Source: Stellaceae bacterium (GTDB taxonomy: Bacteria; Pseudomonadota; Alphaproteobacteria; ATCC43930; CGMCC-115725). From it: a DNA stretch of 24,000 nt. Both the position numbers and the translations under genes were made by a program. This document shows, piece after piece, positions 7,963-15,993 of the stretch (positions are counted from its first letter, which is position 1; each line of letters begins with the position of its first letter). The stretch lies in NCBI GenBank assembly GCA_036501365.1, contig DASYAL010000060.1, forward strand, positions 151,185-175,184, given 5' to 3'. A model generated the notes under the pieces. It was given only the letters and a program-made list of their open reading frames with translations, did no database searches and was not told the origin of the DNA.

Positions 7963-8024
7963 CATTAATTGAAATCGCCGGAATTCGAAAGAAAATCAGC
8001 GATCTAGCGAAGGTGAATCGATCG

Positions 8025-9170
8025 TTAACGCCAGAAATCGCGGCTGGCGATACGCGCGCCTTCCGCCATCGCCGCAAGCTTCGCCCAGACCACGTCCGCA
8101 TCGACCGCCGCCTGTCCGACCCAGGTGCCATAGCCGCAATCCGTGCCGGCGATCACATTCTCGCGGCCGACCAGGCGGGCGTAATTCGCGATCCGCTGCG
8201 CCACCAATTCGGGATGCTCGATGAAATTCGACTTCGATTCGAGCACGCCGGGAATCAGCAGCTTGCCCTCGGGCAACTTCACGCGCTCGAACACCCGCCA
8301 TTCATGGGCGTGGCGTGGATTGGCGGCCTCGAAGGAAATCGCGCTCGGCCGCGCCAGGAAGACGATGTCGAGGATCGCCTCGATCGGCACGTCGCAATGA
8401 TGCGGGCCTTCGTAATTGCCCCAACACAGATGCATGCGCATTTTATCGGGCGAGATGTTCGCCACCGCGTGGTTGAGCGCCTCGACATGCAGCCTTGCGG
8501 CCCTGCGGAATTCCTCGAGGCTGAGGTCGGCGTGCTGGATGTGGCGCCCCATCGCGAGATCGGGACAGTCGAGCTGAAGGATCAACCCCGCCGCGACGAT
8601 CGCCTCGTATTCCACGCGCATCGCCTCAGCGATCGCGGCGAGATAGGCCTCGGTGCTGCGATAATGGTCGTTGCGGAAAAACAGCGAAATCAGGCCCGGC
8701 GAGGCCGCGGTCAGGAATCCCTCGGCGGCGCTGCCGCCGCGCAGCGCCTGTTTCAGGTCGACGATGTCGCTCGCGACGGCGTGCGAATCCGCAACCGATA
8801 TCGGCCCGTTGCACGCCGGCGTCTTGCGCCGCGCGCGGCCAGGATCGCCGAACACCCGCCGCGCCAGCTCCGGGAACTCGACCAGATCCTGATAGACGAA
8901 GCTGTTGCTGCTGCCGCCAAAGCCGGCGAGACGGTCTTTGATATAGGTGGCGTAGGACGGCTTGCTCATCTCGCCGTCATTGACGATATCGACTCCGGCC
9001 GCGAGCTGCTTCCCGACGATGTCCTTCACCGCCGCCGCGATCCGCGCGGCGAGCGCCGCGCGCTCGACCGGGACGCTGTCTTCTTTGGCGAACATCATGC
9101 GCACCAGATCGGGCGGGCGCGGCAGGCTGCCGGTATGGGTGGTCAGAAATCGCTCCGTGCTGCGTTTCAT
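8025..9170 (-). CDS. Cobalamin-independent methionine synthase (MetE C-terminal domain)-like Zn-dependent alkyltransferase family protein
   Basis: The N-terminus MKRSTERFLTTHTGSLPRP is the signature start of this family. DIVNDGEMSK, the His/Cys Zn-ligand contexts MHLCWGNYEG and IAGTDCGYG, and LIPGVLESKSNFIEHPE are also present. The ORF frame extends to 9230, but the ATG at 9170 gives the canonical N-terminus. Confidence 0.85.
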   Translation of the reverse strand: MKRSTERFLTTHTGSLPRPPDLVRMMFAKEDSVPVERAALAARIAAAVKDIVGKQLAAGVDIVNDGEMSKPSYATYIKDRLAGFGGSSNSFVYQDLVEFPELARRVFGDPGRARRKTPACNGPISVADSHAVASDIVDLKQALRGGSAAEGFLTAASPGLISLFFRNDHYRSTEAYLAAIAEAMRVEYEAIVAAGLILQLDCPDLAMGRHIQHADLSLEEFRRAARLHVEALNHAVANISPDKMRMHLCWGNYEGPHHCDVPIEAILDIVFLARPSAISFEAANPRHAHEWRVFERVKLPEGKLLIPGVLESKSNFIEHPELVAQRIANYARLVGRENVIAGTDCGYGTWVGQAAVDADVVWAKLAAMAEGARIASRDFWR

Positions 9171-9208
9171 GGTTGACTCGCCGAAAGGATCGCCGCCGAA
9201 ATAATCGC

Positions 9209-10036
9209 ATGAATCGGCTTGTCCTCGCACCCGTGACGATCAATGAGCTCGACCCGCCGGCCCTGATCGAGGCCGCGCACGAGGCCGGTTTTGCCGCGGT
9301 CGACCTGCGGGTGCTCGGCGCCCCGGGAGCCGCGCCGGTGGCGCCGGTGATCGGCAACCGGCCGCTGATCGCCGCGACCGCCGCAGCTTTGGCCGATACC
9401 GGCGTCACCCTGTTCAGCGCGACCGGCATCTGGCTCGTGCCCGGCTTCAGCCTCGACGCAGCGTTGCCGGCGCTCGAAGCCGCGGCGCGGCTAGGGGCGG
9501 AATGCTTCCTCGCGGTCGGCAACGACCCGGAGGAAGGGCGGATGACCGAGAGCCTGGCCCGGCTTGCCGCCGCCGCCCGGTCGCATCGGCTGCGGCTGGC
9601 GCTGGAGCTGATGCCCTATACCGCGGTCAATTCCCTGGCTAAGGCGCACCGGATGGTCGTCAGCAGCGGCGAGGTTAATGTCGGGCTGTTGATCGATGCC
9701 CTCCATCTGGCCCGTGCTGGGGGTACCCCCGCCGAAGTGGCCGCGATCCCGCCCGAACATATCGCCTATCTTCAGCTCTGCGACGCCCCGGCCACCCCGC
9801 CGCCCGGCCTGTCCTTGCGCCAGGAATCCTTGACGGCCCGGCTTTACCCCGGCGAGGGGAGCCTGCCGCTGATGGCGCTGATGGATGCCCTGCCGGCGGG
9901 CATCGTGGTCGATGTCGAGACCCCCGTCGCCGCCGATCGGCACCGGTCGGCAGGCGAGCGGGCTGCCCTTGCGCTTTCCGCAACCCAGCATTTCCTAACT
10001 GTCTGGCAGGCCCGGAAACTGGGGCTAAGCAATTGA
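9209..10036 (+). CDS. Xylose-isomerase-like TIM-barrel protein (sugar phosphate isomerase/epimerase family)
   Basis: The pattern is typical of the AP_endonuc_2 fold: [58 protein letters not shown] chose the start ATG 9209 ([11 protein letters not shown]) rather than the ORF-track start at 9173, which encodes an Arg-rich, non-homologous lead-in. Confidence 0.75.
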   Translation: MNRLVLAPVTINELDPPALIEAAHEAGFAAVDLRVLGAPGAAPVAPVIGNRPLIAATAAALADTGVTLFSATGIWLVPGFSLDAALPALEAAARLGAECFLAVGNDPEEGRMTESLARLAAAARSHRLRLALELMPYTAVNSLAKAHRMVVSSGEVNVGLLIDALHLARAGGTPAEVAAIPPEHIAYLQLCDAPATPPPGLSLRQESLTARLYPGEGSLPLMALMDALPAGIVVDVETPVAADRHRSAGERAALALSATQHFLTVWQARKLGLSN

Positions 10037-10163
10037 AACAGAAAAGTTTTACCCTCGCCACTTAAAACACGTGCGATTGGCCCCAATATTGTGCCAAGAT
10101 GCGCCCCGGCCGGCCGTCCAGGTCGGTCCAGCCATCACGATTACGAATGTGAGTCAGATCATC

Positions 10164-11759
10164 ATGCGGGCCAATTTCGCCGGCGCCGAAGCCGTGGAAC
10201 AGCCGAGTCAGCCGGCTGAAGCGGCAGAGGGAACCCCGGAGGAATCCAATGTCGCCGTCGAGGAGCTGCCGCGGGCTGGCAACGTCGCCACCGATGCGAC
10301 CTCCGGCGATGCGATGCAGCATTATCTGCGCGAGATTTCCGTCGCCGAGTTGCTGACGCGCGAGCAAGAGGTCGAGCTCGCCCAGCGGATCGAGGCCGGG
10401 CGCGAGGCGATGCTGGCGGCGCTGTGCCGCAGCGAGTTGCTGCGCCGGTCGATCAAGGAATGGCGTGAGGGGCTGGGCAAGAACACCGTTTTGCTGCGCG
10501 ACGTGGTCGATCTCGCGGCAACGCGTCGGCGGATGCGCGGCGATGTCGAGACGCCGGTCGACGAGAGCGGCTCGTCCTCGGTGATCGCGCAGATTGAAGC
10601 TGAGCTCATGCCCGATGTGAAGGCGGCTTTCACCCGCGCGATCAATGCCGGCAAGGGCCGGTCCCAGGCGCTGGCCAAGGCGCTCAACAACGTCGTGTTG
10701 CAGCCTGCCGAGATCGACAAGCTCGCACATAAGGTCAAGGAGATGAGCCGCAAGCTCCTCGAATTCGAGGGCACGCTGGCGCGGCTCGCCGATCAATCCG
10801 GCATCGTGCGGACCGATTTCATCACCACCTATCGCGAGGCCAAGGGCGCCAAGTTGTGGCTCGAATCCGCGCGCCGGCGCCGGGTCACGGCGTGGCGCTC
10901 GTTCATCGGGCGGCATGGCGAGCAGGCCAAGATCCTCGTCGCTGAGATCGAGGCGATCGCCAAGCAGTCGGGGCAGAAGCTCGAGCATTTCCGCGCCGGC
11001 GCGAACGATCTGCAGCGCGGCGCCCGCGATGCCGAGCGCGCCAAGGAGCAGATGATCGCCGCCAACCTGCGGCTGGTCACCTGGATTGCGCGCCGCCACG
11101 TCAATCGCGGCCTGCCGCTGATGGATCTGGTGCAGGAAGGCAATATCGGCCTGATGCGCGCGGTCGAAAAATTCGACTGGCGTCGCGGCTACAAGTTCTC
11201 GACCTATGCGACGTGGTGGATCCGCCAGGCGTGTTCGCGCGCGCTGGTCGATCAGGGCCATTTGATCCGCATCCCGGCGCATCTGGCCGACGAGGTCCGG
11301 CGCGTGCTGCGCGCGCAACGTCGCCTCGCCGGCGAGTTGCGCCGCGAGCCGACCGAGCCCGAGCTTGCCGAGCGTCTCGGCACGCCGGTGCCCAAGTTGC
11401 GCACCGTGCTCGAATTGGTGCGCGATCCGGTCAGCATGGACCAGCCGGTGGGCGAGGATGGCGATGCCACGATCGGCGACTTCCTCGAGGACCAGCAAGC
11501 GGTGGTGCCGCTCGAAGCGGCGGCCGCGGCCGAGCTGCGCGAGGCGACCGAAGAGGCGCTGGCGCGTTTGACGCCGCGCGAGGCCGACGTTCTACGCCTG
11601 CGCTTCGGCGTGGGCCAAGCCGCCGAGCATACCCTCGAAGAGGTCGGCAAGAAGTACCAGGTGACGCGCGAGCGCATCCGCCAAATCGAGGCGAAGGCGC
11701 TGAAGAAGCTCAGCCAGCGCGGTCCCGACCGCCGTCTCGCCGGCTTCCTCGACCGCTGA
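10164..11759 (+). CDS. RpoD-like (group 1/2 type) sigma-70 family factor, paralogue with a short N-terminal region
   Basis: Region 1.2: [29 protein letters not shown]. Regions 2.1-2.4: [65 protein letters not shown]. Region 3: IRIPAHL. Region 4.2: [27 protein letters not shown]. The start is uncertain: GTG 10071, ATG 10164 and ATG 10314 are all in frame and none has a strong SD. Confidence 0.85.
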   Translation: MRANFAGAEAVEQPSQPAEAAEGTPEESNVAVEELPRAGNVATDATSGDAMQHYLREISVAELLTREQEVELAQRIEAGREAMLAALCRSELLRRSIKEWREGLGKNTVLLRDVVDLAATRRRMRGDVETPVDESGSSSVIAQIEAELMPDVKAAFTRAINAGKGRSQALAKALNNVVLQPAEIDKLAHKVKEMSRKLLEFEGTLARLADQSGIVRTDFITTYREAKGAKLWLESARRRRVTAWRSFIGRHGEQAKILVAEIEAIAKQSGQKLEHFRAGANDLQRGARDAERAKEQMIAANLRLVTWIARRHVNRGLPLMDLVQEGNIGLMRAVEKFDWRRGYKFSTYATWWIRQACSRALVDQGHLIRIPAHLADEVRRVLRAQRRLAGELRREPTEPELAERLGTPVPKLRTVLELVRDPVSMDQPVGEDGDATIGDFLEDQQAVVPLEAAAAAELREATEEALARLTPREADVLRLRFGVGQAAEHTLEEVGKKYQVTRERIRQIEAKALKKLSQRGPDRRLAGFLDR

Positions 11760-11783
11760 CCGCCGGCACCGTTCGATCGGACA

Positions 11784-11809
11784 ACGCCCGGACCCGTTGG
11801 TCCGGGCGT
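11784..11809 (+). terminator. Rho-independent terminator of the sigma factor gene
   Basis: 11-bp perfect GC-rich stem acgcccggacc / ggtccgggcgt with the 4-nt loop cgtt, followed by the T-rich ttccttat. It begins 25 nt after the TGA at 11757-11759. Confidence 0.7.
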
Positions 11810-11907
11810 TTCCTTATGCGGGCCGCGGGTTGATTGGTCGTTGCCTCGATGCCATCCCCGCCGCACAATGCCGGCCCGCGTTCGGGAATGCGGCAAGGGG
11901 AGACGCT

Positions 11908-12573
11908 ATGGCCACGCAACGGATTAGCTACGTCGATCCGGCGACGATCGCCGACGAACGCATGCTGGCCGAATTCGACCGCTGCCGCCGCGAAGGCACG
12001 CCTCGGCCGGAAAGCCAGGCCATCCGGGCACATGTTCCCGCCACCTTCTGGTCCTTCGCCGATACCTGGGAAGCGGTGTTCCGCAGCGGCGTTATGGACC
12101 ATTCGATCAAGGAGCTGTGCCGTGTCTACGTCTCGCACTCGGTCAAATGCGAATATTGCGGCAACCAGCGTTCGGTGAAGTCTGCCAGCCAGGGCTTGGT
12201 CGAGGCCGACTACAAAGACTTGCTCGATTTCGAGAAATCCAAACATTACGACGAGCGGCAGAAAGCGGCGCTTGCCTATACCGAGGCTATCACCTGGGAT
12301 CTCGAGGCCGACGATGAATTATGGCAGCGGCTGAAGCACCACTTCACCGAGGCGCAGATCGTCGAGCTCGGCTATTTCGTCGCGATCACCATGGGCCAAC
12401 AGCGCTGGCTGCGCACCCTCAACATCGATCACCACCAGATACTCGCGGGCACCGCGGCCTCGATGGCGCCGGGCTTCGAGACCGCCGAGGCGCTCGTGCA
12501 AAGCAAGGCAAGCGCCGACTATTGGGGCAAGCGTCCGGCTGTGCCCGCGAAAGCGTCATCGACCGGCCAATGA
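11908..12573 (+). CDS. Carboxymuconolactone decarboxylase (AhpD-like) family protein with CxxC motif
   Basis: SD AAGGGGAGA lies 5-13 nt upstream of ATG 11908. LCRVYVSHSVKCEYCGNQR and ERQKAALAYTEAITWD fit the CMD/AhpD helical family. The stop overlaps the next start as ATGA. Confidence 0.85.
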   Translation: MATQRISYVDPATIADERMLAEFDRCRREGTPRPESQAIRAHVPATFWSFADTWEAVFRSGVMDHSIKELCRVYVSHSVKCEYCGNQRSVKSASQGLVEADYKDLLDFEKSKHYDERQKAALAYTEAITWDLEADDELWQRLKHHFTEAQIVELGYFVAITMGQQRWLRTLNIDHHQILAGTAASMAPGFETAEALVQSKASADYWGKRPAVPAKASSTGQ

Positions 12574-13388
12574 GCGAGGGTGGGACGGCGATCGCCACGC
12601 CGACAGCGGCCGCCGCGGCCGGCCATATCCGCGCCCGCGGCCTGACCAAGCGCTACAGCGAATTGACGGTCTTCTCGGGTGTCGATCTCGATCTCGCGGC
12701 GCGCGAAATCGTCGCGCTGGTCGGGCCGTCGGGCTGTGGCAAGACGACGCTGCTGCGCTGCATCGACGGACTCATTCCCTGCGACGGCGAGATCACCCTC
12801 GACGGCCGGCGCGTTACGCAGCCGCCGCCGGGCGTCGCCATGGTGTTCCAGCATTTCGGCCTGTTCCCATGGAAGACGGTCTACGACAACGTCGCTTATG
12901 GGCTGCGCATGGCAGGAGCGAGCGCGGCCGAGGTCGCGCGCCGCGTGCCGGCCTTCATCGGCCTCGTCGGTCTCGCGGGCTTCGAGCGCGCCTATCCCTA
13001 TCAGATCTCCGGCGGCATGCAGCAGCGCTGCGGCCTCGCCCGTGCGCTCGCGATCGAGCCGAGCGTCCTGTTGATGGATGAGCCTTTCGCCGCGGTCGAC
13101 GCGCAGACCCGCGAAATCCTGCAATTCGAGTTGCTGCGCATCTGGGAAAAGCAGCCGACGACGATGCTCTTCGTCACCCATTCGATCGAGGAAGCCGTGC
13201 TGTTGGGCGACCGCGTCGTCGTGTTAAAGGGCCGCCCGGCGCGCGTCGATCAGGACATCGTCATCGATCTGCCGCGGCCGCGCAGCCGCGACACGCTGAG
13301 CCTGCCGCGCTTCTCGGCGCTGCGCGAGCAGGTCTGGGGCACGCTCATGAGCGAGGCGCGCCGCGCCGAATTCCAACTCGAGACCTAG
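12570..13388 (+). CDS. ABC transporter ATP-binding protein (NitT/TauT family)
   Basis: Walker A: GPSGCGKTT. MVFQHFGLFPWKTVYDNV. Signature: ISGGMQQRCGLARAL. Walker B: LLMDEPFAAVD. H-loop: FVTHSIEEA. The ATG at 12570 is coupled (ATGA) to the upstream gene. Confidence 0.92.
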   Translation: MSEGGTAIATPTAAAAAGHIRARGLTKRYSELTVFSGVDLDLAAREIVALVGPSGCGKTTLLRCIDGLIPCDGEITLDGRRVTQPPPGVAMVFQHFGLFPWKTVYDNVAYGLRMAGASAAEVARRVPAFIGLVGLAGFERAYPYQISGGMQQRCGLARALAIEPSVLLMDEPFAAVDAQTREILQFELLRIWEKQPTTMLFVTHSIEEAVLLGDRVVVLKGRPARVDQDIVIDLPRPRSRDTLSLPRFSALREQVWGTLMSEARRAEFQLET

Positions 13389-13422
13389 ACCAAGGGCCAA
13401 ACAAGGACAGGGAGGATCATCG

Positions 13423-14430
13423 ATGTTCCGCAGAGCCGTGATTGCTGCCGCGCTAGTGCTTTCCGCCGCTGGGGGCGCGCCGCCTACGTATGCTGCCGAT
13501 GCCCCAAAGGTGGTCATGGCGCTGCCCGGCGTGCCGCCGATCTATCTCACGGTCTTCGCCTATGTTGCCGACAAACAGGGCTTCTTCAAAAAATACGGCG
13601 CCGATGTCGTGCTGCGCCAATTCGATACCGGCGCCGCCGGCTCGCGGGCGGTGATCGCCGGCGATGCGGATATGGCGCTGGTGCCGACAGCGCTCACCAT
13701 CAACCAGATAGCCAATGCCAATGCCGACGTGGTCAGTATTTATGGCCTTCCCAATCCCGATTGGTCGATCGGCACGACGAATGCGGCGAAGGCGCAATGC
13801 AGCGACCTCAAAGGCGCGCAGATCGGTGTCGACACGCCCGGCGGCGCGCGCTCGCTGGCGCTCAAGGATATGCTGATCGGCGGTTGCCACCTGTCGATCG
13901 ACGACGTTCAGCAGGTGCCGCTCGGCTCGAACACGGCGCCGGCCATGATCGCCGGGCAGATCGCCTATGGCGTGCTGCATCTCGACGACGTGCCGGTGAT
14001 CGAAAGCCAGGGCAAGAAAGTCGCCATCGTGATGACGCTCAAGCAGGCGGTGCCGGTCAGCCATTACGACGTCCTCGAGGCGCGTCGCGATCGGCTCGCC
14101 GAGAAGCGCGATGCGATCGTGCGCACCGTGGCGGCCCTGGTCGACGCGGCGCGCTACATGGCCGATCCCAAGAACGCCGATACGGTCGCTCAGATCGGCA
14201 CGCTCACCGGCCACGACCTTGCGATCTCGAAAGAGGCTCTGAAGCTCTTCAACGGCATCGGCTTCTGGGACACCAAGGATGACGGGCTCGATCGTGCCAA
14301 GATCGAGGCCGTGATCGAAGACCAGGTCAAGACCGGCAACGTCAAGGAAGGCAAGACCCCTCCGAGCTACGAGCGGTTGGTCGACCGCACGGTGTGGCGC
14401 GACGCCGCGGCGATGATCGGATCGCACTGA
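13423..14430 (+). CDS. Periplasmic substrate-binding protein (NMT1/THI5-like, NitT/TauT-type)
   Basis: SD GGGAGGA lies 7 nt upstream. Signal peptide: MFRRAVIAAALVLSAAGGAPPTYAA. Two-lobe SBP-like sequence (GFFKKYGADVVLRQFDTGAAGSRAVIAGDADMA; LKGAQIGVDTPGGARS), located between the ATPase and permease genes. Confidence 0.85.
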   Translation: MFRRAVIAAALVLSAAGGAPPTYAADAPKVVMALPGVPPIYLTVFAYVADKQGFFKKYGADVVLRQFDTGAAGSRAVIAGDADMALVPTALTINQIANANADVVSIYGLPNPDWSIGTTNAAKAQCSDLKGAQIGVDTPGGARSLALKDMLIGGCHLSIDDVQQVPLGSNTAPAMIAGQIAYGVLHLDDVPVIESQGKKVAIVMTLKQAVPVSHYDVLEARRDRLAEKRDAIVRTVAALVDAARYMADPKNADTVAQIGTLTGHDLAISKEALKLFNGIGFWDTKDDGLDRAKIEAVIEDQVKTGNVKEGKTPPSYERLVDRTVWRDAAAMIGSH

Positions 14431-14442
14431 GAGCCGACGTCG

Positions 14443-15201
14443 ATGGGTCGAGGGCGTGAGATCGCGGCACGCTATGCGCCGCCGCTGGTGAGCTTCGTCG
14501 TCGGCATGGCGGTGTGGGAACTGGTCGGCCGCCACACCGACGCCGCTTTCCTGGTGCCATTGTCCGAGACGCTCGACCGGCTCGTGGAGCTTATCCGCTC
14601 GGGCGAGCTGCTGCGCCAGACCTTGAGCTCGCTCGCCATCTTCGCCGTCGGCTTCACGCTCGGCGTGCTGGTCGGCGCGCCAGCCGGCATGCTTCTCGCC
14701 CGCGTCGCCGTGCTGCGCCGCGCCCTCGACGTCTATATCATGATCGCCTATGCGACGCCGCTGGTCGCGCTCATCCCCTTCATTCTGTCGCTGATGGGCT
14801 TCGGCTTTGCGCCGAAGGTGCTGGTAGTGTTCCTATTCGCCGTGTTTCCGGTGCTCTACAACACGGTCGAAGGCGCGCGCAGCCTCAAGCCTGAGCTGGT
14901 CGAGGTCGCGCATTCGTTCCGGTCAAGCGAATGGGCGCTGTGGCGCGAGGTCATGGTGCCCTACACCCTGCCCTTCACCATGACCGGCGTGCGTCAGGCA
15001 ATCGGCCGCGCCCTCGTCGGCATGATCGCGGCCGAGTTCTTCCTCAGCTCGACCGGGCTCGGCCAGCTCATCATGAACGCCTCGCAGAATTTCGATACGG
15101 CGGGCGTGTTGGCGGCGATCCTCGTCATCATGGCGTTGGGGCTATGCCTGATGCGGATCGGCCGCGCCATCGAGCAATACTTCGCGCGCTGGCGAGTGTG
15201 A
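14443..15201 (+). CDS. ABC transporter permease (NitT/TauT family)
   Basis: Six hydrophobic spans and the EAA-type loop EVAHSFRSSEWALWREVMVPYTLPFTMTGVRQAIGRALVGMIAAEF. Confidence 0.9.
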   Translation: MGRGREIAARYAPPLVSFVVGMAVWELVGRHTDAAFLVPLSETLDRLVELIRSGELLRQTLSSLAIFAVGFTLGVLVGAPAGMLLARVAVLRRALDVYIMIAYATPLVALIPFILSLMGFGFAPKVLVVFLFAVFPVLYNTVEGARSLKPELVEVAHSFRSSEWALWREVMVPYTLPFTMTGVRQAIGRALVGMIAAEFFLSSTGLGQLIMNASQNFDTAGVLAAILVIMALGLCLMRIGRAIEQYFARWRV

Positions 15202-15986
15202 TGAGCGTCGCCGCCATCGACAGCCGCCGTCCCTCGTCGCTTCTGCCGCGGCTGTGTGCCGGCGCCATCATCCTCGTTCTCTGGCAGATCGTTGTCCGTG
15301 CCTTCGCGCCGTCTTACGTCGCGACGCCGATCGGTGTCGCGATCGCGATACCGCATGTCGTCGTCGATCCGGTCTTTCTTGCCGGCGCCGCGATCACGCT
15401 CGCCGCGGTCGCCGAAGGGCTGGCGATCGCCCTGGTCTTCGGCACGCTGCTCGGACTCGTCATCGGCCAAAGCCAGATCGCTGATCGCGCGCTGCGCCAA
15501 TACGTCAACGCCGGCTATACGCTGCCGATGGTAGTGGTATTGCCCCTGGTGTCGCTATGGTTCGGCTACACCGGCGCCGCGCGGCTGGCGACCATCGTCT
15601 TCGCCGCGCTGTTCTCGATCACCGTGAACGTCGCCGACGGCGCCCGGTCGGTGCCGCATGAATATCTCGAAGTCGCGCGCTCGTTCCGTTCGCGCTCGTG
15701 GCGGGCTCTCTTCGAGATCGTGCTACCGGCGGCGACGCCCTACTTCCTCGCCGGACTGCGGCTCGCCGCTGGCCGCGCGCTGATCGGCGCGGTGGTCGCG
15801 GAATTCTTCACCGCGATCCCGGGCCTCGGCTATTTCATCCTTTTCAATTCGCGCACCTTCCATCACAACGAGGCTTTCGTTGCGGTGCTGCTTCTCGCCG
15901 GTTTCGGCGTCGGCTTCGATGCGCTGGTCAACGAAGCGACGCGGCGATACCTGCCGTGGTATCGCCGCGACGAGACGACGAGCTAG
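15201..15986 (+). CDS. ABC transporter permease (NitT/TauT family), second subunit
   Basis: ATG 15201 overlaps the upstream TGA by 1 nt (gTGATGa). Loop: EVARSFRSRSWRALFEIVLPAATPYFLAGLRLAAGRALIGAVVAEF. The ORF-track start at 14931 lies inside the previous gene. Confidence 0.9.
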   Translation: MSVAAIDSRRPSSLLPRLCAGAIILVLWQIVVRAFAPSYVATPIGVAIAIPHVVVDPVFLAGAAITLAAVAEGLAIALVFGTLLGLVIGQSQIADRALRQYVNAGYTLPMVVVLPLVSLWFGYTGAARLATIVFAALFSITVNVADGARSVPHEYLEVARSFRSRSWRALFEIVLPAATPYFLAGLRLAAGRALIGAVVAEFFTAIPGLGYFILFNSRTFHHNEAFVAVLLLAGFGVGFDALVNEATRRYLPWYRRDETTS

Positions 15987-15993
15987 GCCGCGC

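Noticed and set aside
10062-10089. Sigma-70-like hexamers TTAAAA-N16-CAATAT upstream of the sigma factor gene, with the inverted repeat gtttta(10046-10051)/taaaac(10063-10068).
   Set aside because: The matches are only partial and I have no promoter model for this organism. The element would also lie inside the coding region if GTG 10071 were the real start. It is not strong enough to list as a feature.
10078-10092. Sigma-54-like element TGGCCCC-AATA-TTGT upstream of the sigma factor gene.
   Set aside because: The GG is present at the right spacing, but the near-invariant -12 GC dinucleotide is GT here. No enhancer-binding protein gene is nearby.
11860-11894. Inverted repeat gccgca(11860-11865)/tgcggc(11889-11894) with an inner cccg-cgtt-cggg hairpin just upstream of the CMD gene's SD; a possible riboswitch-like leader.
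   Set aside because: It is only about 35 nt long, with short stems and mismatched interior. That is too small for any riboswitch class I recognise, and GC-rich self-complementarity of this size is common by chance.
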